Positions 1 through 13,649 of a stretch of 64,000 bases of DNA are shown here, one piece after another; the first letter of the stretch is position 1; every line of letters starts with the position of its first letter. The position numbers and the translations under genes are program-made. The notes under the pieces are model-generated. The model made no database searches, had not been told where the DNA came from, and was given only the letters and a program-made list of their open reading frames with translations. The stretch lies in NCBI GenBank assembly GCA_046563655.1, contig CM102284.1:3968001-4032000 (forward strand), written 5' to 3'. This stretch comes from Yuukianura sp. NJ FZ-2021. Its lineage: Eukaryota.

Positions 1-1543
1 TTGGAAGCGGAAACTTGTGCAAAGCAAAACAATCTGGATCAGCTCCGACGAGAGAAGGTTGAATTAGAAAATACGCTTGAACAGGAGCAGGAGGCTTTGG
101 TAAATCGTTTATGGAAGCGAATGGACAAATTGGAGGCTGAAAAACGGTAATATTGAATATAATTTTAAAATTCTAGAATTTAATAAGATTAAATGACTTT
201 ATTAGCGTAAAAGGAAAGTTACTTATTTTGATGTATTGTACTTCCCTGTTCAGGAATCTCCAAAACAAGGTCAGCAATTCACTCAGCTTGAATGTGTTGG
301 GAGGTCCGGTCACAAGTACCACTAGCTCTGTACCTTTGGTGACAGAAATCCAATTCGGCAACAACAACAGGATTCGCCGCCGAAGTTCTGGCAGCCAGAC
401 GTTGCAAGGCTTGAACAATTCTCACATGGACAGCAGTAGTGGAAGCATAAGCATGAACTCTGATCCTCAAAAGCATGTGCCAGGAGGCGACAGAAATGCA
501 GTTTCAACTACGGAAATGGACATCATCTCAATGACTGGGAATGTTCAGCATCTAAGAAACGAGGTGGAGAGACTCAAAGCCCAACTGGCTATTGCTCAGA
601 ATCAGCGTAAGACTTAAAAAAAATAGAAGATAAACAGCGAAATACTTGGTACTTACTTTTACTTTCATGAAACGTCCATTTTTCAGATACAGAGAAAATG
701 TGTCACTTTGCAATGGAGGAACGTCAGATTCGTGACGAAAATCTACGTCTGCAACGTCGCTTGCAGTTGGAGATGGAAAGACGGGAACAGTTGTGTCGCC
801 ATTTGTCAGAATCCGAATCTTCTCTTGAAATGGAAGATGAGCGACATTTTCATGAGTCACTTGTTGGGAGTGGAGCAGTCGCTCCTTCTGGACTTCCTCA
901 CAATTCAATTAGCAGTGGGTCACTTGTTCCAGTCAGACCGAGACCAGGCTCGTCTCCTGGTCCATTCATGCCTTCACCAGGGAGTGGATCTCGCCCTCTC
1001 AGCCCTGGTAAAATTCCTTATTTTTCAATTATTTTTGAACTTTGATTCATACAGCACTCGAAACATATATTTTGACAGGACTTCATTTGGGAAATCGCAC
1101 TGAGCGTGACATCATGAGTCCTCCTAGCCCAGTGAACCGTTGTAACGTCTGTAATGGTCACGGATGGATCCAACCACTCCTGGTCTCCACCACCAACAAC
1201 TCTGGTCCTTTCTCTCAAGTCGTTTCTTCTTCGTCACCGCCCATCAGACATTCCGGAAATCGCGAGCGATTTGCTCGTCCTGCTCCACCAGCGGGTTCGT
1301 TGAATCTCAGAATATTAATAGTTTCAATGAGATGCTAAAAGTTCCAGTGAGACGAGAAGCCGGACTTGTTAACTGAAGAAGTTTTTTTTTCTATTTGCAG
1401 CGGGTGACAGAAACCAAGATCGAGAGCCAAGGACTCCTGGCGACAGCACCATGTCCAGCCCATCTCCAAGTCCTGCTCCCTTTGAAGTTTTGAGCCCCTC
1501 TGCCCCCTCTCCTTCGCCTATGGACACTTCTACCAAAAATTGA
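1..1543 (+). CDS. CCDC6: Coiled-coil domain-containing protein 6 (5' end outside window; about 5 exons here)
   Basis: Frame 1 reads [49 protein letters not shown]; a later exon reads [43 protein letters not shown]. Both are hallmark CCDC6 segments. Pro/Ser-rich tail ends at TGA 1541-1543. Confidence 0.93.
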
Positions 1544-2169
1544 CTCTTTGATGCTGTTCGAAATTACAACACTCAACAATCCTTCTGTGTTTCTAGATTT
1601 GATGGCATAACCGTTTTGGGGAAGACGAATCGTATTGTTAATATTCGGATATAAATGGGTTCATCACGGCCAGGGAGAAAACATGAACAAGTCGCTGCAG
1701 CAGCATTATTTTTTATTTCCTAAGCTGAATCCATAAGCAAAGACTTTCTGGATCATATTAACTTATAGTTAACGTTAAGTATTAACTAAACTAAGCATGC
1801 TGAGTTAATTAATGTTATGTTCTTAAGTGTGAAGCATGGACTCCCGCCCCTACTTTGTTTTCTACCAAATTAAGTCCAAGGGTCATGTTGCTGCTGTATT
1901 TGTCCCTGTTCTACTCATTAAATTCTCTAATTCATAAAAAGTCAAACTTCTAAACAATTTTTTTTCATATTTTGTTTTTAGAAATTGTGAGAAAGCTACT
2001 TGGGTGTGTCAGTTTAGGTTAAGCTAACGTTAAACGAGCTTAGAGCATAATGTTTTTGAACATGAACGTGACATTTCGAGATCTCTAGGGAAGTTTTCAA
2101 TTAAGTCGATTACTTCGATGCTGCCAAATACAGGGATGATACAATATTTCATTTCAGTTCGTCGCCAGC

Positions 2170-3882
2170 ATGGGTAGAGGAAGCAGATCAAGTTCCATTG
2201 GAAATGTCGACTGCATTGCCGCACTCCAGAATCTGTACTCTAAGGAGCCTCACCAGCATGAGTATTCAATTGGAAGTACTGCTGGATGTGACCGTACCGT
2301 GGAAGAGCATTTACTGAAGTCAGGGACTTGGGCCTTATTTGCAGTACGAATCCCAGGATACTTCCCTCTTGTCATACGCAAAGGAGAAGCAGGTCGCAGG
2401 AGGTTGGAGCTGCATCTAGTGACACTGCCCACGTTCTACACTGTCATCGTGTCAACTTTGTCCGTTGGCGGCAGTGGATACTTCGTCTTTTCATACTGCA
2501 TGAGAGTCCTGTTTGCTACGGCAGAGCAGCTCGAATGTTTTGAAAACACGCTGATTGTGCTGTGGACAACGTTCACTGGCTTGGTCATCTACACAACATA
2601 TCTTCGCTGCTCACGGATCTTCTACGTTCAGTCAAGCTTGGACTTTTGGCGATCGATGGTCACTTTGGTTGACAACTTGGTCGCAAAAGGATACAACCTC
2701 AAGTCCGTCTATCTTCAGGAAGTATATAAAAAGGCCTTCCTGTTTACGTTTCTGTTTCATGTCGCCAGTCTTGTCCGGATTGCCTACAACTTCTACGACA
2801 TTTACATTACATTTGTAGATCCGTGCTCTTCCATGTTGGAAATTACGGCAACTTACATGGATTTGTTCATTTCGTGTACCTTGTGCTACCACGTTGGCTA
2901 CTCTATCTGGCTCACATTTCTTATTTCCACTCTCACGACGTGTGTCAAAATGCTGCATGACGATTTGGACCAAGAACGAATGAAACTTAGCTTTGGCAGC
3001 GAACTGCCAAACTGCAGCGGTGAAGACAAAGCAGCTCTAAACCGAGATTTGGCTCCAAATTGCATCTTTCAGTTTGGAATGGAAGGTCGGGATGACTCGA
3101 ATTTGATCAGAGACGAAATGGCTACAAGAGATCAGTCCAAAGCTGTGGAACGAACAATCCATAAGACCATGGCTTGCTATGGATTGATTGAAGGTCAGAT
3201 ACATAAGTTCAATGCCCAATTCGGCGTGACGCTGATTCTGGAAACTTTCTTCATCTTTCTGTACATCGTGACGAGCATTTACTGCGTTGAAAGCTTCTTC
3301 AAGAACAACTTCTTCTATGCCGTTACGCAGATGATTCCAGTGGCCATATTCAGCGTCGCTTTCTTCAACTTGGCTTCAGAGTCCTCCGTTTTGAGCGGAA
3401 TGTCAACTGGCGTACTAAAGAAACTGGAAGCATTCTTCGTTCCAACTGAGCGTCCACAGCTCCGTGTATTGCAACTGAAAGTTAGTAAAATACTTGCAGT
3501 ATTTTCTGAATCAATTAAAAAAAAAACAATCCCATCGTGTTAATACTAAATACGTTGTCGAATTACGTACGATTACGACTGGGTTTACGATTTCTAGGTC
3601 TTGTCACTCATTGCTCGTGTTGCAGACAATCCTCCCACAATCAGCGCTGCCCATTTCTTCAACATGAATCGTCATTTGCTAACTTCGGTAACCGCCATGC
3701 TTCCTAAAATTGAACAAAATTTTAAATCACTCTCATGTTTATGTTTTGCGTATTCTTAGTTTGTTGGAACCGTTACAACTTACTTGGTCGTTCTTCTCCA
3801 GTATCGCGATCCGCCACCAACCGGCCAAAACGTCTACTGCCCAAACAGTACTTGCCCAGCGAATGATACGATGTCACTCTAA
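2170..3882 (+). CDS. Gustatory receptor (7TM chemosensory ion channel family); exons about 2170-3480, 3598-3687, 3760-3882
   Basis: Multiple hydrophobic helices in a long first exon. Two phase-0 introns precede PPTISAAHFFNMNRHLLTS|FVGTVTTYLVVLLQY, which matches the arthropod GR TM7 motif TYhhhhhQF. Confidence 0.85.
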
Positions 3883-4157
3883 AATGGTGTTGGCTCCCTT
3901 CTTTCAACTCGTAACGGTTTCGCTTAGGAATTCTCCGTGTAAAACCCCGAATCCAGAAGGTTCGAAATGCTACTTCCGAATACTAATTTACCTATGGGTT
4001 TGCAAACTTTGCTTCCTTTACTAAACAAAGCTAAAAAAAACATGTATCAACGAACATTATTCGACGAATGATTTCTTTGTTAGGATGCGGTAAATTATAG
4101 TAAATTGTTTTTGAAACGAATAAATTCTTGTGACTCACCGATTATTCTAGACTTTAT

Positions 4158-7100
4158 TCACTTTCTAATTTTGACGTTTGAATTTTGAGTATTTTTGCGT
4201 TGTCCGGTTTCGTATGGTGACGTGGTAAGGATCTTCGAAGTGTCTTTCAGGTGAAGCTTTTGTATTAAATCAGTAAAAGTTATGCCAGTATCTGCCACTG
4301 GAGGAACTGGAGGTGCAGCCTTCGGCGTAGGAAGTAGTTGAGTCTTCCGAGGAGTCAAAGCTGCCACACGTTCTCGTGCTGCGTGCTTTGTCAGAAGTCT
4401 ACAATAACAAAAGCATTCAGATTATGACATCATAGTACTATTTTGCGTGTAAATACTCCGAAGTTCTACCCTGGCCAATCGGCGGCGTCCCGGTTTAGTT
4501 TCTTCCCATTGACCAAGAGATCGTTGTTATGAAAATACGAAAAATTTAGGGTTAGAGGATTCTGACGAAAAATGAGCTCGAACATCCCAGTATCAGCATT
4601 TCGGTCAGCTTTCCGATCCACCACAACTGAAAAAATGCAAAACGAAAGTTAAAACTCAATGCAATTGATCACAATGGTTGACCTGGACAGTACGAAGTAT
4701 TGATAAATCTCTTACCTTTGATCGTATCTTCCAAGCATTGGGCACACAACTGCAAAAATCAACGTAAAATAGTAAAATTAATGAAATAACAAATTTACTT
4801 AATTGCTGTTTGGAATCATCTGAGATTTTTTCCATTAACACTTACGCGAGCAGTGACACTGGTACTTCCGGCCATACATGGACAGGAGTTAATTTCAATT
4901 AGCCACGGCTTGAAATCTTCCGTAAACATGTAATCAGCACCGTAGAGTTCAAAACAGTTCTTCTTCGCTTCCGAAGAATCTTGCGATGCCAGCAAAATCC
5001 CCAGAATGCCTTGCTTCATGCCTGGATAAATCACTTTTTCCCACATGTCCAGCTTCCCGATGCTCCTGAAAGTAATATTTAAGCTAGAAGTTAGCCAGTA
5101 CCATCAATAACAGTGAAACTGTCGTCAGCTATAGTTAAATCAATGCGTATTTTCTTACTTGAGATACGCCTGGAAGGTGTGGCAGTCCCACATGTTTTCT
5201 TCAGGCAAACTGGGATCACGATTTGGCGCATTGGAATATTTGCACTGGACTGCATTGTTACAGAGATGGATACTTTCATGGAAGTCTTCCAAGCTGAAAG
5301 GCTTAGTGCAGAAACGAACATAACTTTCCCTACAAAAGTTAAGAAAAATATTTGTAATCGAATCAACAATTGTAAATTTCACAAAGACAAATGAATGACA
5401 AAAAATTTACTTTGCAAACCACACTGTTAGCGGTGCCCAGTCTGTAATAATGAACCACTGACGCATGTCGAATTTCGTCTTGTAAATCAGCATTGGCTTT
5501 TCAATGTACTGCAAATCAAATCAAGAAACATCACATTAAAGTTTAACTATTTGCTGGGAATTTAACAGTGTTGCGTGTTGCTTTGCTTTACCTTCTGAAC
5601 GACCCAGTTAGCTTCTCTAGCCTGTGATTGGCTGAGTAGTCCCATAATCTGATCCAACTGATTCATAATCACGATTCCTTTACCACGAGAGCGAGCACCT
5701 AAAATCGACAAACAAAAGTGTTGCAAAACTTCAGTTTAATTAAAACTCCGATTTTACGTCACTATCCCAAAGAAATGCTTTTTAGCCTTTACCTGGCTTG
5801 CAGATCCAAACATTCATGATCCCATCAGCAGTCATGGTTCCCCACACTTGAGATAGCGCTTGAAGCGTCTTTTTGATGGTGCTATACTTGGCCTACAAGA
5901 ATGCAGCAGTTAAAAGTGGACACTAAATTCAAAATACAAAATTTCTTCAGCTTTTTCGCGACATTTCTTCACCTTAATTGTTTCGGACATCTCCGATGGA
6001 TTCAGTTTAGATTTTTGATGGACAACGCTGTAGTATTGTGTCAGAAACATTTCCCAGTGTTGACTCAAGTATGCAGGAGGAAGTAGCCAGTCGATGTCTT
6101 CATGGTGGCGCATTCGGACGTAATTGTTGACTTGCCTCACAGCAAAGTCCAGTGAAAGACTGCTTACTTTGGAAGTGGTGTCAAACACACCTCTTTCCGC
6201 AAACGATTCGTAGTTGTTGCAAAACCAACGCAAGAGCCCAATACAAGCAGTTAGTCGGTAGTCGTCTAAAAATGCTTGTTTTTCTTCCTCCAATGACAGT
6301 CTGTAGCACCGTGGAAAGTAGGTAGCAGAAACACCGGGATCGCTGAACCAGTGTATAGACTGGAGACAGGAAGCAATTCCAACCTAATGAACAAAACTTA
6401 CACAATTATCATATAACTTGCGGAAGTAGCGGTATTAATTTGCAATGTACTCAACATTTTGCATTACCTTGGTTGTGAAATAGGCTCTCGGGAAACGATT
6501 AATAATTTGGTCATGTTGCATTTGTACCCATGGGATATTGTCCCTCCGAATGACCCAAATAAAATCCGGAGCATAGTTGGTCAGGACATGTTGCGTGTAC
6601 GCATTCTCCGAATTGTCTTCTGAACTGGGCCTTGTGTCTACATCTGAAAAGCGAGAGGTCAATATTGGTTATGACAAGATACAAATATCACGGTGGAGAA
6701 TTGCAATATAACGGTTTACTTTTGATCAAATGCGGACTGATGATTGACCTCATGTACTGCGGAGAATTTGTATTGACAATCTTCTCTATCCATCCACGCT
6801 TCCGAAGTGCAGCTCGTACGGCTGGATACGCACCTCCCATGCAAAAGACTTTATTCTCCTGCAAAAAGATACAATCGATTACTTTTAAGTCTTGGAGGTG
6901 TAAGTGAACAGTTTGTTTTACCTTAATGGCTTTGTCTACATGGGCAATATGGCTAGCGCTTATTAGTTTCGAGAATTTTGTAGAAGGGGAATTTGGTAAG
7001 ACAGATCGAGAAGTTCTGTACGTGTGGTCAACCGTTGTGCCGTTTCCATTGATGGATCCTCTCGAACTCGGCCTCGACTTCCCCGTGGACGAAGTTGATG

Positions 7101-7161
7101 GAACTGGGGGAACCCCCTTGGATGACAAGTACGACGACGGCACAACCTTACTCCCCGACAT
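4158..7161 (-). CDS. TTLL3: Tubulin glycylase, TTLL3/TTLL8 family (multi-exon)
   Basis: Motifs [115 protein letters not shown]. Confidence 0.9.
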
Positions 7162-7571
7162 TTCAATTTAGACTGAACAGAAGATGATGATGCTTGCTGC
7201 TTCAAGTGCTAGCGCAAACAAAAAATTAAAACCTGCACACTTCGTCCAGTTCAATCCGTACCTCGAATAAACAAAATGCAAACAAACACAGAAATTGTTG
7301 CCAGGGCAGCATCACAATTCTCGAAAATTCCTAGAAGGTCAGGCTGAATGCAAGTAGGATTTTGATTTTATCCTAAGCCGTGGAAGCAGCCTGAAATCAG
7401 AGCAAATCATGGCTGTCAGCGACGTTCATGACAAGTTTTGAAGTCAATACCAATTACTTTATATAGAACAAATCGAGAAACTTGGTATAAGTTTAAGATT
7501 TAAATTAAAAAAGCATAAATAGATGGATTTAACAAAAAAAAATGCTGCAAATAAACTTCTCTTGTGGATTT

Positions 7572-8329
7572 TTAGCTCGCAACTGGGGAACGGTCAACAT
7601 CAATAGTTGGTATCATTGAGTCAGAATCAATGCAGCTGAGGTAGTACTGGGTGACAAGTTGTGGGTACCTCGCTTTACATTCGGATGCGGCGACAACGTC
7701 GACTATGTTTGTATCCTTCCATAAGACGAGGAATACTAATTCTCCGGAATCATCACTGGCAGCCATAATTTGTGCTGGTTCCAGTCCGCGGTTAAAACCG
7801 TACTTGCCGCCATCCTGCCCATTCAACAACCAAATCTAACGACTTCTTTAGCACATTTCCAGCAATATTACAAGTTTTCATATTAGAATACCTCTCCATC
7901 GTTTTCCGAAGATTGTCCACCGTACTTCATCTTATAATCCAGTTCGAATTGTTCTATGAGTTCTGGACAGCTGAGGTTCGCTAGAATGCAAATGAAAAAG
8001 GATATCATCAAGCCTTAATCCAGACAGTACAAGTGGTAATCGAATTTGTCATTTGAAAGCGTAAAATTTTACCGGCAGGCTCCCAAGTATTATCGCTCCT
8101 AGAGAAAATAGAATAAATCCCATATAAAATGTAATTACTAATTAATTAGGAATGAAATTTAGAGTTCGAATATTGTATGGCCTTGTGGAAAAACTCACTC
8201 TTGGTATCCTTTCCATTTCAAGAAGTATTCCGTGACACCACCTCTGACCCTTTTGTTTAAAATTCTCTCCACTACAAAATCTTCTTCCTCTGCCGTTTCT
8301 TCGACTTCGGAATCCGATGATCTATCCAT
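7572..8329 (-). CDS. HP1/chromobox protein (chromodomain + chromo shadow domain), 4 exons, very short hinge
   Basis: [52 protein letters not shown] (chromodomain), then GFNRGLEPAQIMAASDDSGELVFLVLWKD...CKARYPQLVTQYY (chromo shadow domain). Confidence 0.92.
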
Positions 8330-8742
8330 TTTACGTTTCAGTTCAATTGGGTACTTGACGGTTAGTAAGTAATTAGCTGTACTAGTTATTAGACAACTGA
8401 TTGATCAAATTAAGATAAGAAACAAGTTAAACAAAAGAAATTTACAGCTGATTGTTTTGATTTTTAGACTTTCACAAAGCGTGAATTTGCAGGTTGTAAC
8501 CGCGATATGCGGGTACGACTATTCCTCAGAATTCTGAGGATTTAAAAAACTTTCTCCATAGCTTTTTCTAAACTTGATTCTTTCCAATTCAAATTCAGGT
8601 TAAAAACTATTTGCAATATATAAGCAATATTTGCAATTAAAGTAGGTACTACTAAAAATATTTTGTAGGAAAATTAAGAATTTGAAAGTGTTTTGAGTGA
8701 TGGATATTTATTTGGTTTAATTGACATCGTTTCTTATGATTT

Positions 8743-11700
8743 TCAGTACCAACTTGACTTCCACTTGGTCCTGAGCATCCAAGCGTCTTCATCACTCTTC
8801 CAGTTCCACTTCTTCTCTTCATGAAGAGCCGCAGTAATGGCTTTGGCCAACGCTTGCGGATTCACCTGGAAGGTCAAACCAATTTGCAGTAACCTGAAAT
8901 AGTAACTCTGAATGTGACATAACTTACTTCGTAATAGCCTTCTAGCGGAGAAAGTGTGGGTGACTCATCCAGGGATTTCTGCATTCCTGTGGGGTTAGGC
9001 GGAAGAAGGAGGGCTGGAGACTGGAGGAGAATGAAGTCAGAGTACCCCTCCCCTTGACCTTCGCCCTCCATTTCCTCCCAAGGGCCAACTCCGTCCTCTT
9101 CAAATCCTGCTTCTTCGCTGTCCACTCCCTTCACTCTACCATCCCATTCTGTGACATTGACTGGTTTAGTACTTGTCAAGTGCAGTCGTGACCCGGGTTT
9201 GAAGGGACCGTACTCCCTTCGAGCCTTGGCCAACTGAGTCCTTTGCCAGAGTCGCTTGTCTACCAATAACTGGTAGCTGGACGTTCTGGCTCTCTCTTCA
9301 GCATCGGTTACAGCTCTATGATATTAAGCAAATCAATTACTGTTACACTTTGAATTGGCAATTAATTGTGCTTTACCTCAAGTGACCCTGCAGGGTGGAA
9401 TGGCGAATGAGAAGATGGAGGTGTCTCTCTTTGGCCAATTGTGTTTCCTGATCTCGACACAAGAGAAACTGCTGAGTGTCCAGTACTGTGAGAGCCTTAT
9501 TGGTAGAAATCATGGCGTAGCGTTCCAGGGTGACGGCGTCTGTATCGACCAATGGGCAGTCCTTGACGCTCTCTTTTATTTCCCGCCAAAGTTCCGCTCG
9601 TTTCAAGTCCAGAAAGTTAATTATCAACTCCATTGTGACCTGGAACAAACAGTGAATTTGGATTAGCCTTAGTATATACAAACAGCGTTTAAATCAACGT
9701 TTTATTCAAATGTAGCTGACTTGGTTTTTGATGCTGAGACCGCCATAGAGCGTTGCTTCTGTGTTCGTTTCTTCAACGATTTTCTTGGCCAGCAGAAATA
9801 TTTTTGGTCGCATGGAACAAGTGAGGTCAAGGGTCACGACACCCTCCTGCTTAGATTCTCTACCAAGATCACTCAGCAGCGGGCTCTGGACATCTACAAA
9901 ATGCTTTGAATAGAACTCAACATTCATCTAAGGCTTAATTCAAAGGCAACGCCATTTTAACGCTAATCTATTTAAGTTTAATTTCAAAATTAGTACTTCC
10001 AATGAGTCCATCTTCTCGTTCCACTTGCAATAACGATTCTTCCTCTCTCCAAAGTTCGCACAGCAGAGCGGCCAATGAAATATCTTGACATTCATGGTAA
10101 CTTCCTACGTCCTCTCCAATGACAACCCCTGGAATGTCTTTCCCGTCCAGGCTTTTGGATTTGCGTCGTTTCCAGTAGAGGACTTGATCGAGACAACGCG
10201 GATACTCGCAGAGGTCAAGAAGTGCACTGAGCAATGTCAACTGACAAGGTCTGCTTTGAGTCTGCTCAAGAAAGTCCAGAAGACGAAACATCCCTTCAAA
10301 ACCCAGCCACACTTCGAGCGAAGAAGTACAAGAGGTCAAACAGCGCCAAATACATTCTGCCAAAGACGTTCCCATTCTATCAAACCAAGAAGAGTCATAT
10401 ATAAAACTTTAAAACGTTTTTTTAAAGTTGAAACTCACATGGAATCGGAATGACGCTGGTGTGGTGGAGCGTAGATTTGGCGATTTAGAAGTCGAAGTAA
10501 GATTTTGACCCCGTTGGCTTCCAGAAACAGTCGCTGCTGAATGTCGTTTTGGCACGAGAGAGATGCCAGTGTTAGTAGAAGATTTGAAATGACAGAATCC
10601 ATTTCATATCGACTGTGACTCAGCTCTTCCAAACAATCTTGACAAAAAAAAATGTCAAAATTTAAAAATTTGCAAAACTAAAAAAGAACAGTTTTTACTT
10701 TCTCCAGGAAAATTGAACTTACCGACCAAAATCGTCATTCCGCCATTTTCGTTCCAGTAGTCCAGAATCTCTTGATGAACAACCAAAGTACGAAGATTGT
10801 TGAGGAAAATGTGCATGATTTTCATATTGACCGTTCCCTGACATCCAGCACGAGCCGAGTTCACAAAGACTTGGATGTAATCCAACATGGCGCCTACGCC
10901 TTCCTTCTGAGCGAAATTTGCAGGACAGAGTTTAGTTAAAGTTTGCAACAATTCTGAGCACGAGTTCAGAATTCCGTCGTCACTTGATACAGTGTCCAGA
11001 AGTGGACATGGTCCGATGAGCAGTGCGATCCCGCTTTCAACCAAACAACAACTGTCTGCAATCTAAATCAAAAAAGAAATTGGCATTAACCGAAAATCAA
11101 AAAATTTCAAGGACGTTACATATGCTGCTCTCGGATGTCCCAGAAGGGCGATGTTTAGAAGATGGACGAAAATCGTCAGGAGTTGGACGTCTTCTGGGCG
11201 AGAATGAAGCGGAAACAATGGACAATCGCTGCCAAGAGAATTTTCGAACACAAAAGTGCCAATTTCTAAAACAGAACAAAGTTTTTATGTGAACTTTGGG
11301 ACTGGAGGTCACACTCAAGAGGAAGATTAGTTTAATTTGCTTACTTAGACCGAATGGTCCAAAGTCCTTCTGGAGGTCCTTGACCTCTGTTGCCACATGA
11401 AGGATGATTGTGGCAATGTCATTACGCAGGGCTGCCATGTCCCTCGCCAGTGACTTTTCCATTTGAGCAAATAGAGCGTTGAGACTTGACTGGAACGATT
11501 CCGGAGAAACCTGTATAAGCAGCCCCTGTACTTTGACCTTGAGCAGCAACTTCAGCAAAACGTGGACTTTGACCAGTAGCAATTGACTTTTGAGCACTTC
11601 ATCTCCCTCGTCCTCAGACGGACTGACGTCGCTTTCCAGACTGCCCAAAAGTACGTCTATGAGTGGCGAATCATTGCAGAGCGCTGAAACGTCCTGAGCC

Positions 11701-11780
11701 TGATCCAGCGCTTCCAGTAAAGCTTCCAGCAAGTCCACCCTCAAGGGTAGCTCTATTTCGTGTTCGTCTTCCGTCGTCAT
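8743..11780 (-). CDS. CFAP69: Cilia- and flagella-associated protein 69-like (helical/ARM-like, multi-exon)
   Basis: C-terminal segments MRPKIFLL..GGLSIKNQVTMELIINFLDLKRAELWREIKE..PLVDTD and ERARTSSYQLL..LHLTSTKPVNVT resemble the CFAP69 C-terminus as recalled. EGMFRLLDFLE..LLSALLDLCE also fits. Last exon ends at TGA 8743-8745. Confidence 0.75.
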
Positions 11781-12320
11781 CTTTTGTACGTTTCCTTTTC
11801 CTTTGTCGACACACGATATCTAACGTTGAACAAATTAGAACAATCGTCGTCGCAGTCGGACACAATAGAAGAAACGCCAACATTTTTGGAACATCAGGTT
11901 AGTTTGTATTTTTGAGTGCAACTTCCGGGAGTGGTTGCCTTACCATCCATTTTCAAACGTTTCTCAAACGAAATTAAAAAAAACGCAAGTTTTTTCTTGC
12001 CGCTAGTATTTTTGTAAGGATTGCCGCTTGTAAGGATCGGCAACGTGAGAACAACTACTGTTCATGCTTTCGCTGGTGTACTGAAAGAAGAAAAAGTGAA
12101 CGACAATGTCATATTAACGACTTTACAATTTTACAATTAGTAAAAGGCCTTGGAAATATTAAGTTAATTGTTAATTGCTGGAGCTTTGATGAATAATTTT
12201 TAACAATAATAAAACAAAGCGCTGTATAGTGTTCAAGCGACATACAAGACAAAAGATAGCCTTCGACGTATTAAAGTTGAAGCTTCGTAGTTTTCGAAAC
12301 TTGGCAAAATTTAGCAGAAA

Positions 12321-13245
12321 ATGTACTCTTTGTATCTATTGTACCTGAATTTAGTACCGGTTTACTATTTGAGAAATGTTATTTCGGCGTCTCACGTTAA
12401 TCCTGGCTGCCTATCCTATCATAACAAGGTCATCGTCACATCTTCCCATAATAAATCAACATCAGCACTGGTTGTTTCTGCACTGAAGACTCAAGCTAAA
12501 TGGTGTCAAGATCCCGAAATGGTCCCTGCAGAAATCAAAAACAATTCAAATTACAAACGCTCTTTGAACAATTCGCCATTCTTTGTGCACACTTTCATTT
12601 CTAATCAATCCAATGCTATACGGGGTACAAAATTGACTAATTATTAATTACAAATTATGTGCTATAAGTATGTGGTCATTACTTTTCATTACTTTTTCAG
12701 TTAAGATCAGAGGTAGGAAACCATATTCAAAGAAGACGCTGATTCAGGATGTGATAATTCAGGCGAGAAATGGAAAAGGAAAGCCACTGGGCAAATTTCT
12801 GTCGTTTCCAGCCGATGTCCTCCTGTATTGTTGCCAGGATGCACTGGATCATGTATGAACTAAAAATTAATTAATCGATTAAAACATTTTGAGTCGATTA
12901 AAAACGGGACATTCTTTTTAGAATACAGCTAGAATTCGGAGACTAGATCCTTCAAAACAGACGTCATCAGTAAATTTTCTGTGGGCTCCGAGTGGATTTC
13001 TTGTAGACTTCGAAGGGCCATTTAAATTCATGTAATAACTTTCAGAAGTTATCGAACTTATTGCTCATGCATCATGCTAGCTAAATATGATTCAAAACAT
13101 ACTGAATTTTTAACTCTACCATAACTGTCATTTTAATAGTTTGACAATTGTGAACGGGGAGTCAACATTCTGGACAAACGTTCAATCACATCCACAAGTT
13201 GCTCTAAAAAGTGCCAAACTAAATGACGAAGATACTTATTATTAA
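12321..13245 (+). CDS. Secreted Reeler-domain protein (4 exons)
   Basis: Spliced product reads VKIRG...IQDVIIQARNGKGKPLGKF...YCCQDALDH|NTA...KQTSSVNFLWAPSG...GPFKF|ILTIVNGESTFWTNVQS, matching the Reeler pattern (xQAR, GxF, C, W-AP, TxV..FW). N-terminus is hydrophobic. Confidence 0.72.
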
Positions 13246-13649
13246 ATCCATAAAAACTAGATTAAATTCATAACATATTAAATACTGCACCTTCAAAATT
13301 GTTAAAACTCACCCCACTTAATTCCATGGTACAAGGAAGCGCAAATTCAATTTGTTTCTACAAAGATCAACAACTTGGTGTTAATTATAACAATATGGCA
13401 TAATGGCATTGGCATCCGAGAAGTAAAAAAAAAGGCACTTTACAAATTTTTGTGCTTACGAGTACGACTAAAGTTTAAATTCCAAATCAATCAAGATTGA
13501 GAAATTTCTATCGGGGAGGCAAGACGATTGTCCAGTGGACTAAAAATACGATGAAGGTTACTTTTTCTCCATTTGTAACACTAAATTCAAAATCTTCTGA
13601 CACTCATGACTCTTCCAGGATTCGTAGCTGGAGCGGCGTGAGATCCAGG

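Noticed and set aside
1541-1655. Stop-codon readthrough of CCDC6 (TGA-C context, short open extension)
   Set aside because: An open stretch of this length is expected by chance, and there is no conservation evidence.
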